Below, piece by piece: positions 49,391-60,789 of a DNA stretch of 64,000 nucleotides. How positions within the stretch are numbered: the first letter of the stretch is position 1; each line of letters opens with the position of its first letter. The DNA is from Vicugna vicugna. Taxonomy: Eukaryota. Below the pieces are notes generated by a model. That model did not search any database. It saw nothing but the letters and a program-made list of their open reading frames with translations, and was not told the DNA's origin. A program made the position numbers and the translations under genes. The stretch spans positions 1 through 64,000 of the forward strand of contig MU059059.1 of the NCBI GenBank assembly GCA_013265495.1. The letters are read 5' to 3'.

Positions 49391-50832
49391 AAGTCTGTTT
49401 TGAGAGTCACAAGAGGACCCCGGCCCAGCGTCTCTCCTGCCCCTCCTGCAGCTGCTGCTCCGCTGTCTTCCTCCAGAGGGTGGCTGACTGCACTGGAGGC
49501 TGGGGACATGCTAAATCTGCTCTCTGGGCCAGCTTCTGACCCCGCAGGAAGGACGGGCAGAAGGGCTGAAGGTGACAGTGAGGTTATGAGGTGACAGATG
49601 GAGGCTGGGAGCAGTGTGGCAACTCCTAAGTGCCCACTCTAGGGTCCTGAGAGAACTCCTTCCTCAGCCTGGTCTCCCTCACAGAAAAGGGGTCCCCTCT
49701 GCTGGATCATGCCAGGATGCCAAAGGCTGGATACCACCCAGAGGGAGCAGCCAGGAGCGGGTGAGACCTGGTATTTCAGGGCCAGGGAACAGATATGCTA
49801 GTTTGAAAGAAGGCATCTGTATTTTCCCTCAGGGCTGCAGAGCATCAAGAATCAAATCTTGGGTATATTGCTGGGTGAGGTCTGGCTCCCCCACTATCCT
49901 CCGGCAGCTCCGTGGTAGAGAGTGGGTTCTCCCATCCCACACAGGCGCCTGGTGTCCCGGGCATTTGCCCAGCCTTCTTAACGGAGGTTGGCCAACCTTG
50001 ACCAGACAGTAGTTTCTTGTGATATCCATAGATCCTGGCAAGAAGCCCCAAGGCTCCGGGCAAGAATGGATCTGTAGGTTCCAGGAAAGAGGCTTCTGTG
50101 GGAAACAGAACTAGGGCGGCATTTCTGTACCTCAGGGATCAGCCGCAGGGAAGTGAGCCCTCTGGGAGCCACAGAAGCTCGGCACTGCATTAGCAACACG
50201 CCCCATCAGACTTGTCTCCCCTCCTCATCCTGAAGCAGAAATATTCAGCAGTCTCCAGCGAGCTGCCTGCTAAGCTCTCCCTGCCCTCCAGTCTGTTGCA
50301 AAAGTGTGTGGGCAGTAAAATGTCCTAATGAGAAAATTACATCCCACATAGCAGTGCCAGCTGTAGCCATGGCCAAGGACTCGGTGGAGGTGACAACGGG
50401 CTGTGAGGCCTTGGAGAGAATTCAAGGCAGAAGGGGCCCTTTACTGCCCAGAGACTGGGGTCCGAGGGAGGAAAAAGGGAGGGGGTGACATCCAGTAATT
50501 CTGGAGCTTACTTATAAGTGTTCTGTTAACTCTTCAAGTGACCTTCCTGGGAGTCTGACGAATCAGTGGAAATTTGTATGACCGTGAATTTTTTTAAACA
50601 ATCTCTAGAACCAAATATAACATAGCAAGCACCAAGGCCTTGAGTGATTCCATCCTGTTGTGGCCACGGCTCTGTGGGCATCTCGCTCAGGGCGTTTACT
50701 GCCTGTGGGCTTTGGTTTTCTCTGCGGTCGTCATGATTCCTCCTGTGCAATTCTCTGCAGGCACAGGGTCTGTCACTTGACACGCTGTCTAGTCCTCTGA
50801 ACAATCCCGTGGTCTGCGGTTCGCTTAGAGTT

Positions 50833-51019
50833 TAGTGGCTCTCAAACTTTAGTGTAGTTCCGAGTCATCCGGTCTGCCTGATAAAATGCATGTTCCCAGG
50901 GGCCCTTCACAGATTCTGATTAACTGCATCTGAAGTGTGACCTCGGCACCTGCATTTCTACAAGCATCCCAGGTGGTTCTGATGTAAGGGGTCCTCAGAC
51001 CCCACTTTGAGAAGTACTG
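50833..51019. mobile_element. MER5A (hAT-Charlie MITE), full length
   Basis: TIRs TAGTGGCTCTCAAA ... TTTGAGAAGTACTG, 187 bp, with internal ctgcatttctacaagcatcccaggtggttctgatg. Confidence 0.88.
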
Positions 51020-51039
51020 ACTTAGAAATCATGGAGCAA

Positions 51040-52020
51040 GTGGTTCCTTTCTAATTTTTATCTATTTAAAAAATACTGCAATGAATCCTTGGTAGAAATG
51101 GTTTTTTCTTCTTTAACATTAGAAGTTGTTTTGCAGTTTTTTGCCAAATTAGCCTCCAAGGAATTTGAATAATTGAATATAAAGTTTTAGCATTTAAATC
51201 AATTTTTATAACAATATGAAAGTTGTTCAAATTGCAAGTTCAAGATTTATAATGGGGCTGCTCATTTTTCTACGTAAAGCTTTGTGTGTAAACTATCCAC
51301 TCATTTCCTTTGACTACTTCTCAAAAAAAGGAGCAAGATACTGGCCTTTTATAGTTATATCAATTCCTTAGCTATTTTGGATAGAAAGCTTTATTTGCCA
51401 CATATATTTCTCCCCCTTCTGTGGCTTTCTTTTATTGTGTTGGCTTTATTACATTCTGTGGCACAAAAGGCTTTTAACAACACATTTGGATCCATCCATC
51501 CTGTCCCTGATATCTCTCTCATCAATAGTCAAAATGTTTTCTCCTCATCACAGTTGAAACACATTTGCTTTTCCATTTCCTTCTCTGGCTTTTTATGACC
51601 CATTGGAAACGTATTGTAGAGCACGATACGAGAAAATATGTATATAAGCAAATTCTGATCCATGCTGCTGCCCCACAGTTCTGATGATGTTTGTTAAATA
51701 GTGACTCTTTCTTACAGCCTTGTGTTGGTGCTTATTCATCACACACCAAGTCCTTAAATAACTTCAGTCTCTCTCTGTAGAGTCTATTCTGTTCCCCTGG
51801 GTAGTTTTTCTTGTCTTTACCCCAGGAAAATATAGCAATGGCTGTCTGGTTCTTTTAAGTTCCCCCAAAACATTTTTTGGCATTTTGCCTGTTCACCCTC
51901 CAGCTGAGTTTTAGTATTTAATTCTTAAACCTTGTGAGGCATCCATTGTGTTTTTAACGTATATTCTTTGCAATCTTAACTTTATTTAGACTGTTTAATC
52001 AGGATGAGAATACAGCTCTT
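51040..52020 (-). mobile_element. Ancient L1M ORF2/3' relic (degraded)
   Basis: T-rich; tatatttctcccccttctgtggc, gtctattctgttcccctgg motifs. Confidence 0.65.
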
Positions 52021-52138
52021 TGGGGGGTGCGGGGGGATTAGGTTTATTTTATTTATTTTAGCAGAGGTGCTGGGGATTGAACCCAGGACCTGGTGCATGC
52101 TAAGCAGGCACTCTACCACTGAGCTCTACCCTCCCCCC
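52021..52138 (-). mobile_element. tRNA-Ala-derived camelid SINE, long form, with TSD
   Basis: Same head plus an AAACCTAATCCCCCC tail; 15-bp TSD GAGAATACAGCTCTT (52006-20) versus GAGAGTACAGCTCTT (52139-53), 1 mismatch. Inserted in or next to an old L1 relic. Confidence 0.94.
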
Positions 52139-52405
52139 GAGAGTACAGCTCTTCATTCATTCAGATTTTCCTTTACTCTCCCACTTTAAGTTTTTGTTTG
52201 AAAAAATATCATTCATTCCAAGTTAAATTAATTCCCAACTATTAGGATACCTCCCTTTGTCTCACTCTCTCGTCTTTTCCCTGCCTGTAAGATGAATGGA
52301 GCTGTCCCGGCACCACCTTTCTGAGTTAGGACATGGCTGGTTAGGAAGACTTAGAGCATTCTAGAAGTGTCATCCCTATTTATTGAACAAAACAGGAAGA
52401 TATAA

Positions 52406-52868
52406 TGTATCAAGTTGAATAAGTGTCCCCTCAAAACTCATGTCCACATAGAACCTCAGAATGTGACCTTCTTTGGAAAACAGGGTCTTTGCAAATGTAG
52501 TGAGTTAAAATGAGGTCATACCTGGATTAGGGAAGGCCCTACATCCAACGACTGTTGTCCTCACTGTCCTTAACAAAGAGAAAACAGAGACACAGACACA
52601 CAGGGAAAAGGCCATGTGGTGACAGAGACAGAGATTGGAGTGATGATGCAGCTGGAGACTGAGGGACACCAAGGATGGCTGGCGACCACCGGAAGCTGGG
52701 AGAGAGGCCTGGAATAGATCCCCCCTCAGAACCTCCAGAAGGATCCAACCCTGCCAACATCTTGCTTTCAGACTTCTGGCCTCCAGGCTGTGAGAGAGAA
52801 ACTTCTGCTGATTGAAGCCACACATTTTGTGGCACTATGTTATGGCAGCCCTGTGAAGCTCATCCACA
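52406..52868 (+). mobile_element. MaLR solo LTR (MLT1C/D-like), full length
   Basis: tgtatcaagttgaataagtgtcccc...gaatgtgaccttctttggaaaacagggtctttgcaaatgta...cagacttctggcctccaggctgtgagaga...tgttatggcagccc. Confidence 0.92.
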
Positions 52869-53109
52869 CGAGATCCTTGGTCTCGCCTGAAACCATCCCC
52901 AACACTGACTCTCAATTGTAGGATTATCTAAATCACAGAGAAGTGTCCTTGTAAACTTGCCCCAAAGCGGAAAATGAACAGTCCACTCTGGAATGTAAAT
53001 ACTCAAGAAATGATGAGATTTTTCCTGTTTCCTGACCAACCACAAGTCTCTCTTTGTAGAAGGTGAACTATTTATGGCATACTCCAAGTTCTAAGAACCC
53101 AGGGCTCTT

Positions 53110-53345
53110 TTGCAAGGGAGGCAGTGTGATGTAATTCCAAGAGCTCGGAAACTGGGCTCAGACCACCAGGGTCTAAATTTCAACCCTGTCATTTACTAGA
53201 AGGGTCATTCTGAGCAGGTCACTTAAACTCTTTGAGCTGGACTGCCAATCTGTAAAAGGAGACAATAAAAATTTATGCCTAACATATTTTAGGGAGTTAT
53301 TGCTGGGAGCTGATGAGATAGTTTATTTAAACAGTTGTTGTTTAA
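53110..53345 (+). mobile_element. MIR SINE
   Basis: gagctcggaaactgggctcagaccaccagggtctaaattt...gcaggtcacttaaactctttgagc. Confidence 0.75.
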
Positions 53346-54471
53346 ACAGTAAAGCATCAGGCAGATGTTACAATCAGTAGTGGTTGCCCGAGGGGTGGGC
53401 AGAACAGGGGGAAAAGGCAGGAGAGACACTGCACACTATATCTTTTTGTCCCACATTATATAGTGAACATAATAGGTTAAAAATATTTTACTGTGTAATG
53501 AAGGGGGACAGGCAGATAAGACTGTGTGCCAGTTTCCATCATCACCCAGAATTTGGAAACTAGAATTGGGCGTCTAGCCCTGCCATGGATTTCACTTTGT
53601 CTGATTTATCTTTTGAAATCTAGAGAGGATAGGAATCCTCTTGCCAAGTGGTTGGGGCAACTTATAGGACTGTGTGTAGAGACAAAGTATATTCGGGAAG
53701 ACATTTTCTGAGAGCATTTTGAGGTCCTGTGCTCATCCCGAAGGCACAGCAAGAAGTAAGTGCTTTAATCAGAGTCCCCAAGGGATTGGAATGGGAAGCT
53801 GAGCCTGGACCCTGGTTAGTGAAGCTCTCTGCCCCGCCCCCTGCCAGGTGATGGGCAGGCCATCCAAGGTCCTGAGGTCTCATCTGGGTCCTCTCCCCTG
53901 ATTCTATGTCCCGGGGCTATGTCGGACACTTACTTGCATCAGTCTACTCACTGCAAAACTTCACTCCTCCATGTGCACCACTGGCTTCCTCCAGAGCTCT
54001 ATCCCCTCGACACCAGCTGGTCAATTCGACACTCCACTTGGGTCACCTCTCTGCCAATAAAGAAAGCCCCCTTCTTCCTTCTCTGGGATGGAAGGCTTGG
54101 CGCCCAGTCCCTTGAGCCCCCAGGGGGAAGGCTCCTTCTGCTCAGCCACGCAGCCCTCTCCTTCGGGGCTCTGCCCTGCAGTCTGGCACCAGGTGAGGGG
54201 CCAGCAAGACTTTCCTGCAGGACAGTGTATAGGTGGGGATCTGGGCTGCAGAAAGGAAGCTCTGTCAGAGTGTGTTTTGGGCATATGTGGGGAACCCAGA
54301 GAGCAGGTAGGTAAAGAGAACCCGACAAAAGCGGCCTGCTTCAGCTTCACCCTGGAGCCCCCGGGTCCACGACAGGCAGAACTTCTGCGGGCCACAGACT
54401 CTGAGGGCTGCCCCTGGGAGGACCAAGGCGGACCTGAATCCTCTGGAAACAATCTTAACCATGTGGGGTTT

Positions 54472-54490
54472 GGCTGCCCTCTAGTGGCCA
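54472..54490 (-). promoter_or_regulatory. CTCF binding motif
   Basis: Minus strand reads TGGCCACTAGAGGGCAGCC, fitting the CTCF core CCASYAGRKGGCRS at every position. Confidence 0.7.
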
Positions 54491-56584
54491 CTAGGTAGAA
54501 GTTCTCTTAAAATTGGAGAAAAAGGCGAAGATTTTATAATAGCATTTGGATAGTGCTTTACAGTTACAAGGCATGGTCACAAATATTAGAGTGCAGGTTT
54601 CCTGCTTGAGTATGCCCCCTACCTCCCATAGTCTTCAGCCACTTTGAGCATATTTCCCCTACCCATCTCCAACACTCCCCCTTTCCGATTCCCTTAACTC
54701 ATCTAGTTTTTCCTTGTAAGTGGAAGAGAGGGTCCTGGAGCCTGGAGAAGCCTGTGGAGGCCATTTGAGAGGCTAACCCATTGTCCCTACAGTGACGGGG
54801 GCAGCAGATGATGAAACCTTCAACAGGGCAAGTTACAGAGGTTCCCATACTTTCAAAGTTCTCACAGCCATGGTCCCCCCACCTTTGGCTTCGAGCTCTG
54901 CTGAGATCATTAAAAACCCCAGGGGTGAGGTTCAAATCCTCTTGCCTTGTCAGGAGCTCGGCTGAGATGCCATCAGATCCAATAATATTCTCCTTTGTGT
55001 GGAGAATGTCCTAGAGGCTTTTGCTCTGATTATCTTTCCCCAGGGAAAGGTAATCCGAGAGTCATACTGAATATTTTAAATGTTTGATGTGGAGTGTGTT
55101 TTGGGTTTTGATGTGTTATTTTGAGAAGCCACTTAGAGACATCTTGTTTCGGGCAGCATCCGCCAGCCATTAAAATGGTCTCATTCCCAGTATTCAACTT
55201 TGTTTCCCCAGGCAAGACAAAGTGGTTGAGCCAGCTGGGATGATGTCCTTTCTCTCAAAGTGGAACTTGTGGAGAATTAAGGCAATGAGAGGGGAGGATG
55301 CAATGGAGGGGAGCTGGGTTAAGACCAAGGGGTTAAGACTTTCAAGCACAAAATGGGATCATAGCCATGGGCACACCCTTCCTGATCCAGTGATGCCCTG
55401 AGAGCTAGCCTGACCATGTTGGTTTTGTCCCTCCCTGGAAGCTTCAGCCAGTCAGGACCAAGTGGAAGTGAGAGGGAACATGAGGGTGGGGATTGGTTCC
55501 ACTTCCTCTCTCTTAACTATCCCCAATATTTTAGCTTCTCTCCCCTGCCTGGTGTTAAGCACTCAATTCCATTGTATCATAATAGGTGAGAAGAAAGAGA
55601 TGGATTTAAAACCCTTGAATTTAAAATCCAGCTATTGTAGGAGCCATCAGAAACACCAAGGGCTCACTTGCACTTGGATGCTTCTGAGTAGGGTGACAGC
55701 CACACACTCCCCCTCTCTGGGAGGAAACAACACCCACTGAAAAAGAAGAAACACTTGGGACTTAAAGGAAGCCTCATCGGCACAAACCTTGACATCTACA
55801 CCCTTTCCTTTTCTGCACCTCCCTCCTGACTGTGCCAATATTTGCCACAATGCTCTCTGGTCTTTTCTCAGACTTCCCACTTCCTCTTTCCCATGCTACC
55901 CCATTTTCCTGCGAGTTCCCCAGTCTGGCAGTGGGCACAGCCTCTCCCTGCTCTGTGGCCCCTTAAGGTGCCAGGGATGTGCCCCAGGCTGGTAGAGGAG
56001 ACTCCTATCAGAGTCTCTGCTCTGAGGAAGCTGGTTGGGGCGGCGGGAGGGACTGGGGAGGGGTGATCATAAGTAAAGAAATAACTACAAAGTCATGTCG
56101 GAAGTACTATCCTAGAGGTTTATACAGATGGCCACTTAATTTTTTTAATTCAACCTTACAAGTACCCTCTTAATTCCCTTTTGTCCCTTTCCTTCCTGCT
56201 AGGGACACTGTTTTGAGAGAATGTGATGCTTGTTGCTGTGGCAGCAAACACTGATGACAGGGCAGAAAAGAATGGGACAAGCCTGATTTTTTCAAAGGCA
56301 GCATCGAGCAACGTTGAATCAACTCTGAAATCACCCATCTCCAGACTTTTTGTTAAGAAAATAAAAACATCTCCCTAGGGTTTAAGCCACTGTTAGTTGA
56401 CTTCTGGGTTGCTTGCAGCCTACAGCATTGTAGCTGATACACATTTTCTGCCCCATATGAGAGAAGAAATTTAAGGGAGATTTAGGGAATGGACAAGTCA
56501 CAGTTCTGGTGACCAGTCTGGGCAAACCCATGTTCTTTGTGGAAAGGGGCAGAAAATTCCGCAGTGGATGGATTCACTTCACCT

Positions 56585-56960
56585 TCACTCATTTAACTTG
56601 TTCAGCCAATACTTATAGAGTGGCACATGATTCCAGTTCTCGTGAGGCTTAGAATCCAATGATGGATTAAGACAGTAAACAAACAGTAACTTAACAATTA
56701 CTTCCAAATAATTAGAAGCTGAGCTAAGCACGTGGAGGAAAGGAGCAGATGATGTGAGAACATGAGACACAATACAATATAAAGCCTGGGAGCTAGAAAG
56801 ACCTCCTGAGAAAGTGATTAAGCTGGGAGCTGAAGGAGGAAGGGGAGGCGTGTACCAGGCAGAAGCTAGTGAGGGCTGAGGGAATAGGGAACCGTGTGTG
56901 CAAAGGCCCTGGGGCAGGAGGGAACCAGGCTGGCTTGAGAGCACTGAGAGGAACAGAATG
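56585..56960 (-). mobile_element. L2 LINE 3' end
   Basis: cattttaacttgttcagccaatacttatagagtgg-like start ... tgtgtgcaaaggccctggggcagga. Confidence 0.75.
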
Positions 56961-58454
56961 AAGCTTAAGTGGGTTGAAAAGTTTACCTTCAGTGTCTCCC
57001 TCAAATCTGGCCTACCCTGTCTTTCCCCTGCTTCTCTGCCCATCCCACATGCCCCCAGGAACCCTGTGTCTTCAAGGCTCTCTGACAAAAGTTCACCCAT
57101 TCTGCCCAGACCTGCCTTTCCCTCTACCTTACCCTTCAAATGACTCTCCTCTCTATCAAAACCCCCTTTGCCTCCCCATCAACCAAGCTATTAAAGAATT
57201 TCTCCTAGATTTTCTTCTTAAAAAGAGTGACAGAGGGCGTGAGCGAGATGTTGAGAGAGAAAACAGGCCTGTCACTGCTGGAATTCAGACAGTGAGCAAA
57301 GAATTTTAGGCAGGAGGAGGGCCCTGGACATCACACCTCCCACACCAGTCTCTTAGATGCCTCCACAAGACACCCGTGGGCTCTGCATAGGCGATGTCTG
57401 GGGTTGGGGTCAGGCTCTGCAGGTGGGCTGGCCGCTCCCTTCCTCAACAGAAGTTGGCTGATGGTGGCCTCTAGAAAGAGAAGGCACTACTGCCACCATG
57501 GCCTGGATTACCCTGACTTCAACAGGGAGTGAAGAGCCTGATCTGATTCTCAGAATGACCTCAGAAATTCACTGTCAGTCTTTTTACCCTAATAATGACA
57601 ACTAAAATAGGAACAATGACAACACTTTTTTAAAGCCTGCAGATTTTCTGCTATCAGTTTCCTTATTACTACGGTGATAACTCATTCGTCTAGAATTCAG
57701 TATCTGGCAACCTCACTCATGCTCAAAACAAAGCACAGAATCAGAAATCAGGTAGAAACGGAGAAGCTGAAATAGATGTCACATGATGACAACACTAATG
57801 CTTTCAGATGCCATTTATCCTTATTTTAAGTACCATCCTAATAACCCAGGTTAGTTGTCTGAGTCTAATCAGATTGTAAGCAATTTATGGAGTAGCTGTG
57901 GAGATGGGCACGCTGACAGCAATGAAAAGAGGCAACTGGCAGTAAGGGAGGACACAGAGAAACTATGAAGAGCAGACCACGAACCCACAAATCACAGCAG
58001 CCTGGGTCTGTCTCAGAGGCCGTGTTTAACTGCATCTCTGCAGTTCTGCGTAATTCCATTCTCTTACGAACAGGCTCAGAACACACATCTCTAGAGGTCC
58101 AACAGGTGAGTGATGAGCTCTGAGAGATGCAGTGTTACCTACTTGCTGTTGTCACTTTTCTCCCCTTGAGAAGACCACCCAGAAGGAAAAGCCCTAGCCT
58201 GGGTGTCTGGAGGACCGAGTCACCCATCCACCCAAGGTTTATTCTTCGAGCTCCTGCTATGGGGTTCCATTTACTCCCTTGTAAAACCAAGGTTGGTCTA
58301 CATAAGCTCGTGGTCTCATAGTCTGTGTGTTCAGGACGAGGCTGTCTGATGCTGGGCAATAACGATCAATTACATTATCAAGGATTTACCAGGCACAGGT
58401 GCTTTCTAAGTGGCTTTACACACATGGTTAACCTTCTTTAATCCTCTCAACCCT

Positions 58455-58592
58455 ATGAGGCTTGGGCAAGTGGCAAAGGGCCCAGCAATTGTTTTAATAT
58501 TCTGCTGTCAATGTCTTGAAATTCTTAATTTTTGAACCAGGAGCCCACATTTTCACTTTGTATTGGGCCCTGAAATTCTGTTGCCAGTCTTG
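58455..58592 (+). mobile_element. MER45A-like (hAT-Tip100) fragment
   Basis: tttaatattctgctgtcaatgtcttgaaattcttaatttttgaaccaggagccc...gggccctgaaattctgttgccagtc. Confidence 0.75.
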
Positions 58593-58619
58593 GGTGCAAG
58601 GTCTCCCGTTTAGAGTAAC

Positions 58620-58810
58620 TGAGTAACTGACGCTTGAGGTCCCTGACCAATGGCAATAGCAAGCTTCAACTGAGAGCTGGTCAGAAATGCAGAGTCCCAG
58701 GCCCAGCACAGCCCTCCAGAGTCAGATCTGTGCTTAACAAGATCAGAGTCAGAGCCTGCAATCTCCTTGTTGGTTGCTAGTTTCTTCCATACCTGCATTT
58801 ACTGGAAACA
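58620..58810. mobile_element. MER5-type hAT-Charlie relic
   Basis: gagctggtcagaaatgcagagtcccaggcccag...gagtcagatctgtgcttaacaagatc. Confidence 0.65.
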
Positions 58811-58909
58811 TATCCTTAATCGCACAGGAAAGACCTCAATTTCTGATCTTCAAGTGAGAGTTGATTTACCCTGCTTCTCGGAAGTGGGCTTCTTAGGGCC
58901 CCAAATCCT

Positions 58910-59330
58910 AGAACAACGTGGGCGGGCGTCCTACAGTCTGTCAAAAGCGCCAGCTAATTCAGACGTTACAACCCTCCGGGACTGGACGGGACTAGACCGG
59001 ACTGGACCGGACTGGACGGGACTGGGGTCGGGCGGACTAGAGCGCGGCGCTAAGGAAACAAGGGCGCAAATTTTAAGGAGGTACGCGCCCTCGGGTGCTG
59101 ACTCCGCACCTGCACAACTTTGAGATGCACGCCTCCTTAAGACGTGAAAAAAAGTGAAAACGAGGGGGTGAGGGTGGGGAGCGGGGAGTGAAAGGTGAAA
59201 CTGGGATGTCCCTGTAAGCTGGCGCTTCCACCCGCTGCGCTGTGCTCGCCCGCGCCGTTCCGCGCGTGGAGCGCTGCGAAGCGCCAGGCTCCGGTCCTGG
59301 GGATTTCTGGCTGGAGCAGCTCCTGGGCAG
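58910..59330. promoter_or_regulatory. CpG island-like element (orphan promoter/enhancer candidate)
   Basis: Abrupt CpG density (gcgcggcg, cccgcgccgttccgcgcg); GC boxes GGGCGG at 58920, 59030 and 59531; no coding exon attached. Confidence 0.65.
58979..59023. repeat. Pentamer/decamer tandem array (GGACT-RGACS)x4.5
   Basis: GGACT GGACG GGACT AGACC GGACT GGACC GGACT GGACG GGACT. Confidence 0.95.
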
Positions 59331-60099
59331 GGTACTCCAACCAAAACAGAGCGTGATTGCTCAGAGTCAGAATTCAATCCTCTCACCATCCCTTACCATT
59401 TTTAACCCCAGGAAGCTCGAAAGCTCGTAGCAACACTTTACCCCTCACATTACCTCTCAAGTCACTGGAGATTGTTGGGGCTGGCTTCACCCTGCAACAG
59501 AGAGCCCTTCCCGAGGAAACGCGGGAGGTGGGGCGGAGCTGGGTGTGTGGGCCCTGCGGCTTTGTGCTAGCCTGAGGGGGAGGCGAGGCTGGAGACTGCT
59601 CACCTGAAGCCAGATCAAGCTATTCACATCACCTGGGAGAGGCAGAGGCGCCTCGCGGCAGCGCCTAATTGGGACCCCGCATCAGCGAGGGGGGCTGATC
59701 TCCAGCTGGCACCCATGGTTGCTGGAGTTGAGAGGGCTCTTCCCAGAGGAGGGCTGAGAAGCTGAGCAATTTTCCAGAACCGGCTTACCTTCAGAGAGTC
59801 TCTCCTCACCTGCGGAGATTTCTAAAATGAGGATTCCCTAGTCCACCAATCAGAATCTCCTGGGGATGGACAGGGTCCCTGCTACTTCTGTATGAAGTAG
59901 AAAAAGGCGCCTGCTCTGGGCAGATGCAGTCCTGCTGGGATGCGACTTGGCAAGTGGACAGAGCCTGTAGGTGAATAAACTCCCTCCCCTTTGGAATGCA
60001 GCCCTGGGGGTCCAGGGAACATGGGGTGGACTGCATTTTGGCCCTCATTGCCCTCTTTATGCAGAATACAACCTCAGCCATTGTGAGCAGTGGCCCTGG

Positions 60100-60145
60100 G
60101 TGAGGGCTGATAAAAGCCCTGCGTGAGGGCTGATAAAAGCCCTGC
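60100..60145. repeat. Perfect 23-bp tandem duplication containing TGATAA
   Basis: GTGAGGGCTGATAAAAGCCCTGC x2. Confidence 0.97.
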
Positions 60146-60321
60146 AGGTGATTCTGATGAACTGCCAGGTGGGAGCCCCTGAGGCCTGGAGAGCGGATGT
60201 GACCAGATGTGACATATCTTGGCCAACACATGGCACCATGGCCACCCTCTTCCTGCTGGAGTTCCTCAGACATTCCCAGGCCAAGGTTCTGACCCTTTCT
60301 TTTTTACCCACACAAAATAAG

Positions 60322-60339
60322 CACACACACACACACACA
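60322..60339. repeat. (CA)9 microsatellite
   Basis: Direct count. Confidence 0.95.
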
Positions 60340-60407
60340 TACAAGCCTAACTGCTAGAATTAACATTTAGGGAGGGGAGGGAAGGGGGACGAGAAGGAGA
60401 GGAGAGC

Positions 60408-60500
60408 CTTATCTACTTTAAACAGGCCCAGCTCTGCCTGCGTGCACAGCTGAGTCATGCTACGCATCCTGCTCCACCTCCCACCTTCCCGACAGCTGCC
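60408..60500. promoter_or_regulatory. Erythroid/megakaryocyte-type enhancer motif module
   Basis: CTTATCT-N8-CAG (60408-25), CAGCTG (60447-52) overlapping GCTGAGTCAT (60449-58), CACC-type boxes (about 60474-86), second CAGCTG (about 60493). Confidence 0.5.
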
Positions 60501-60789
60501 GAAGGGCACTTCTCCTTCAGGGTCTGGAGGGTAGACAGAGTTGGTAGTACTGCTGGGGAAGCAGGGAGCCTGGGCTCTACCCCAAAGTCTAGCTGAGCAC
60601 TCTGGAGAGAGTTACAACCCTCTCAAGGTGTTCCAGCCTTTCCAGTGGAACAGGGAGGGGATTTTCAGCGTGTTAATGAGGGGGCACTCCACTCTTTCAT
60701 GTCAGGGAGATGTTCCATGTAGTTCTTTTGGTATTGCCTTGTAGCATCCTTTATGGCAAGAGGGGCAGCTGGGATCGAGAGGTGGGTGT

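Noticed and set aside
58979-60145. Short repeat arrays considered as CRISPR-like
   Set aside because: No unique spacers, no cas genes, and a mammalian context.
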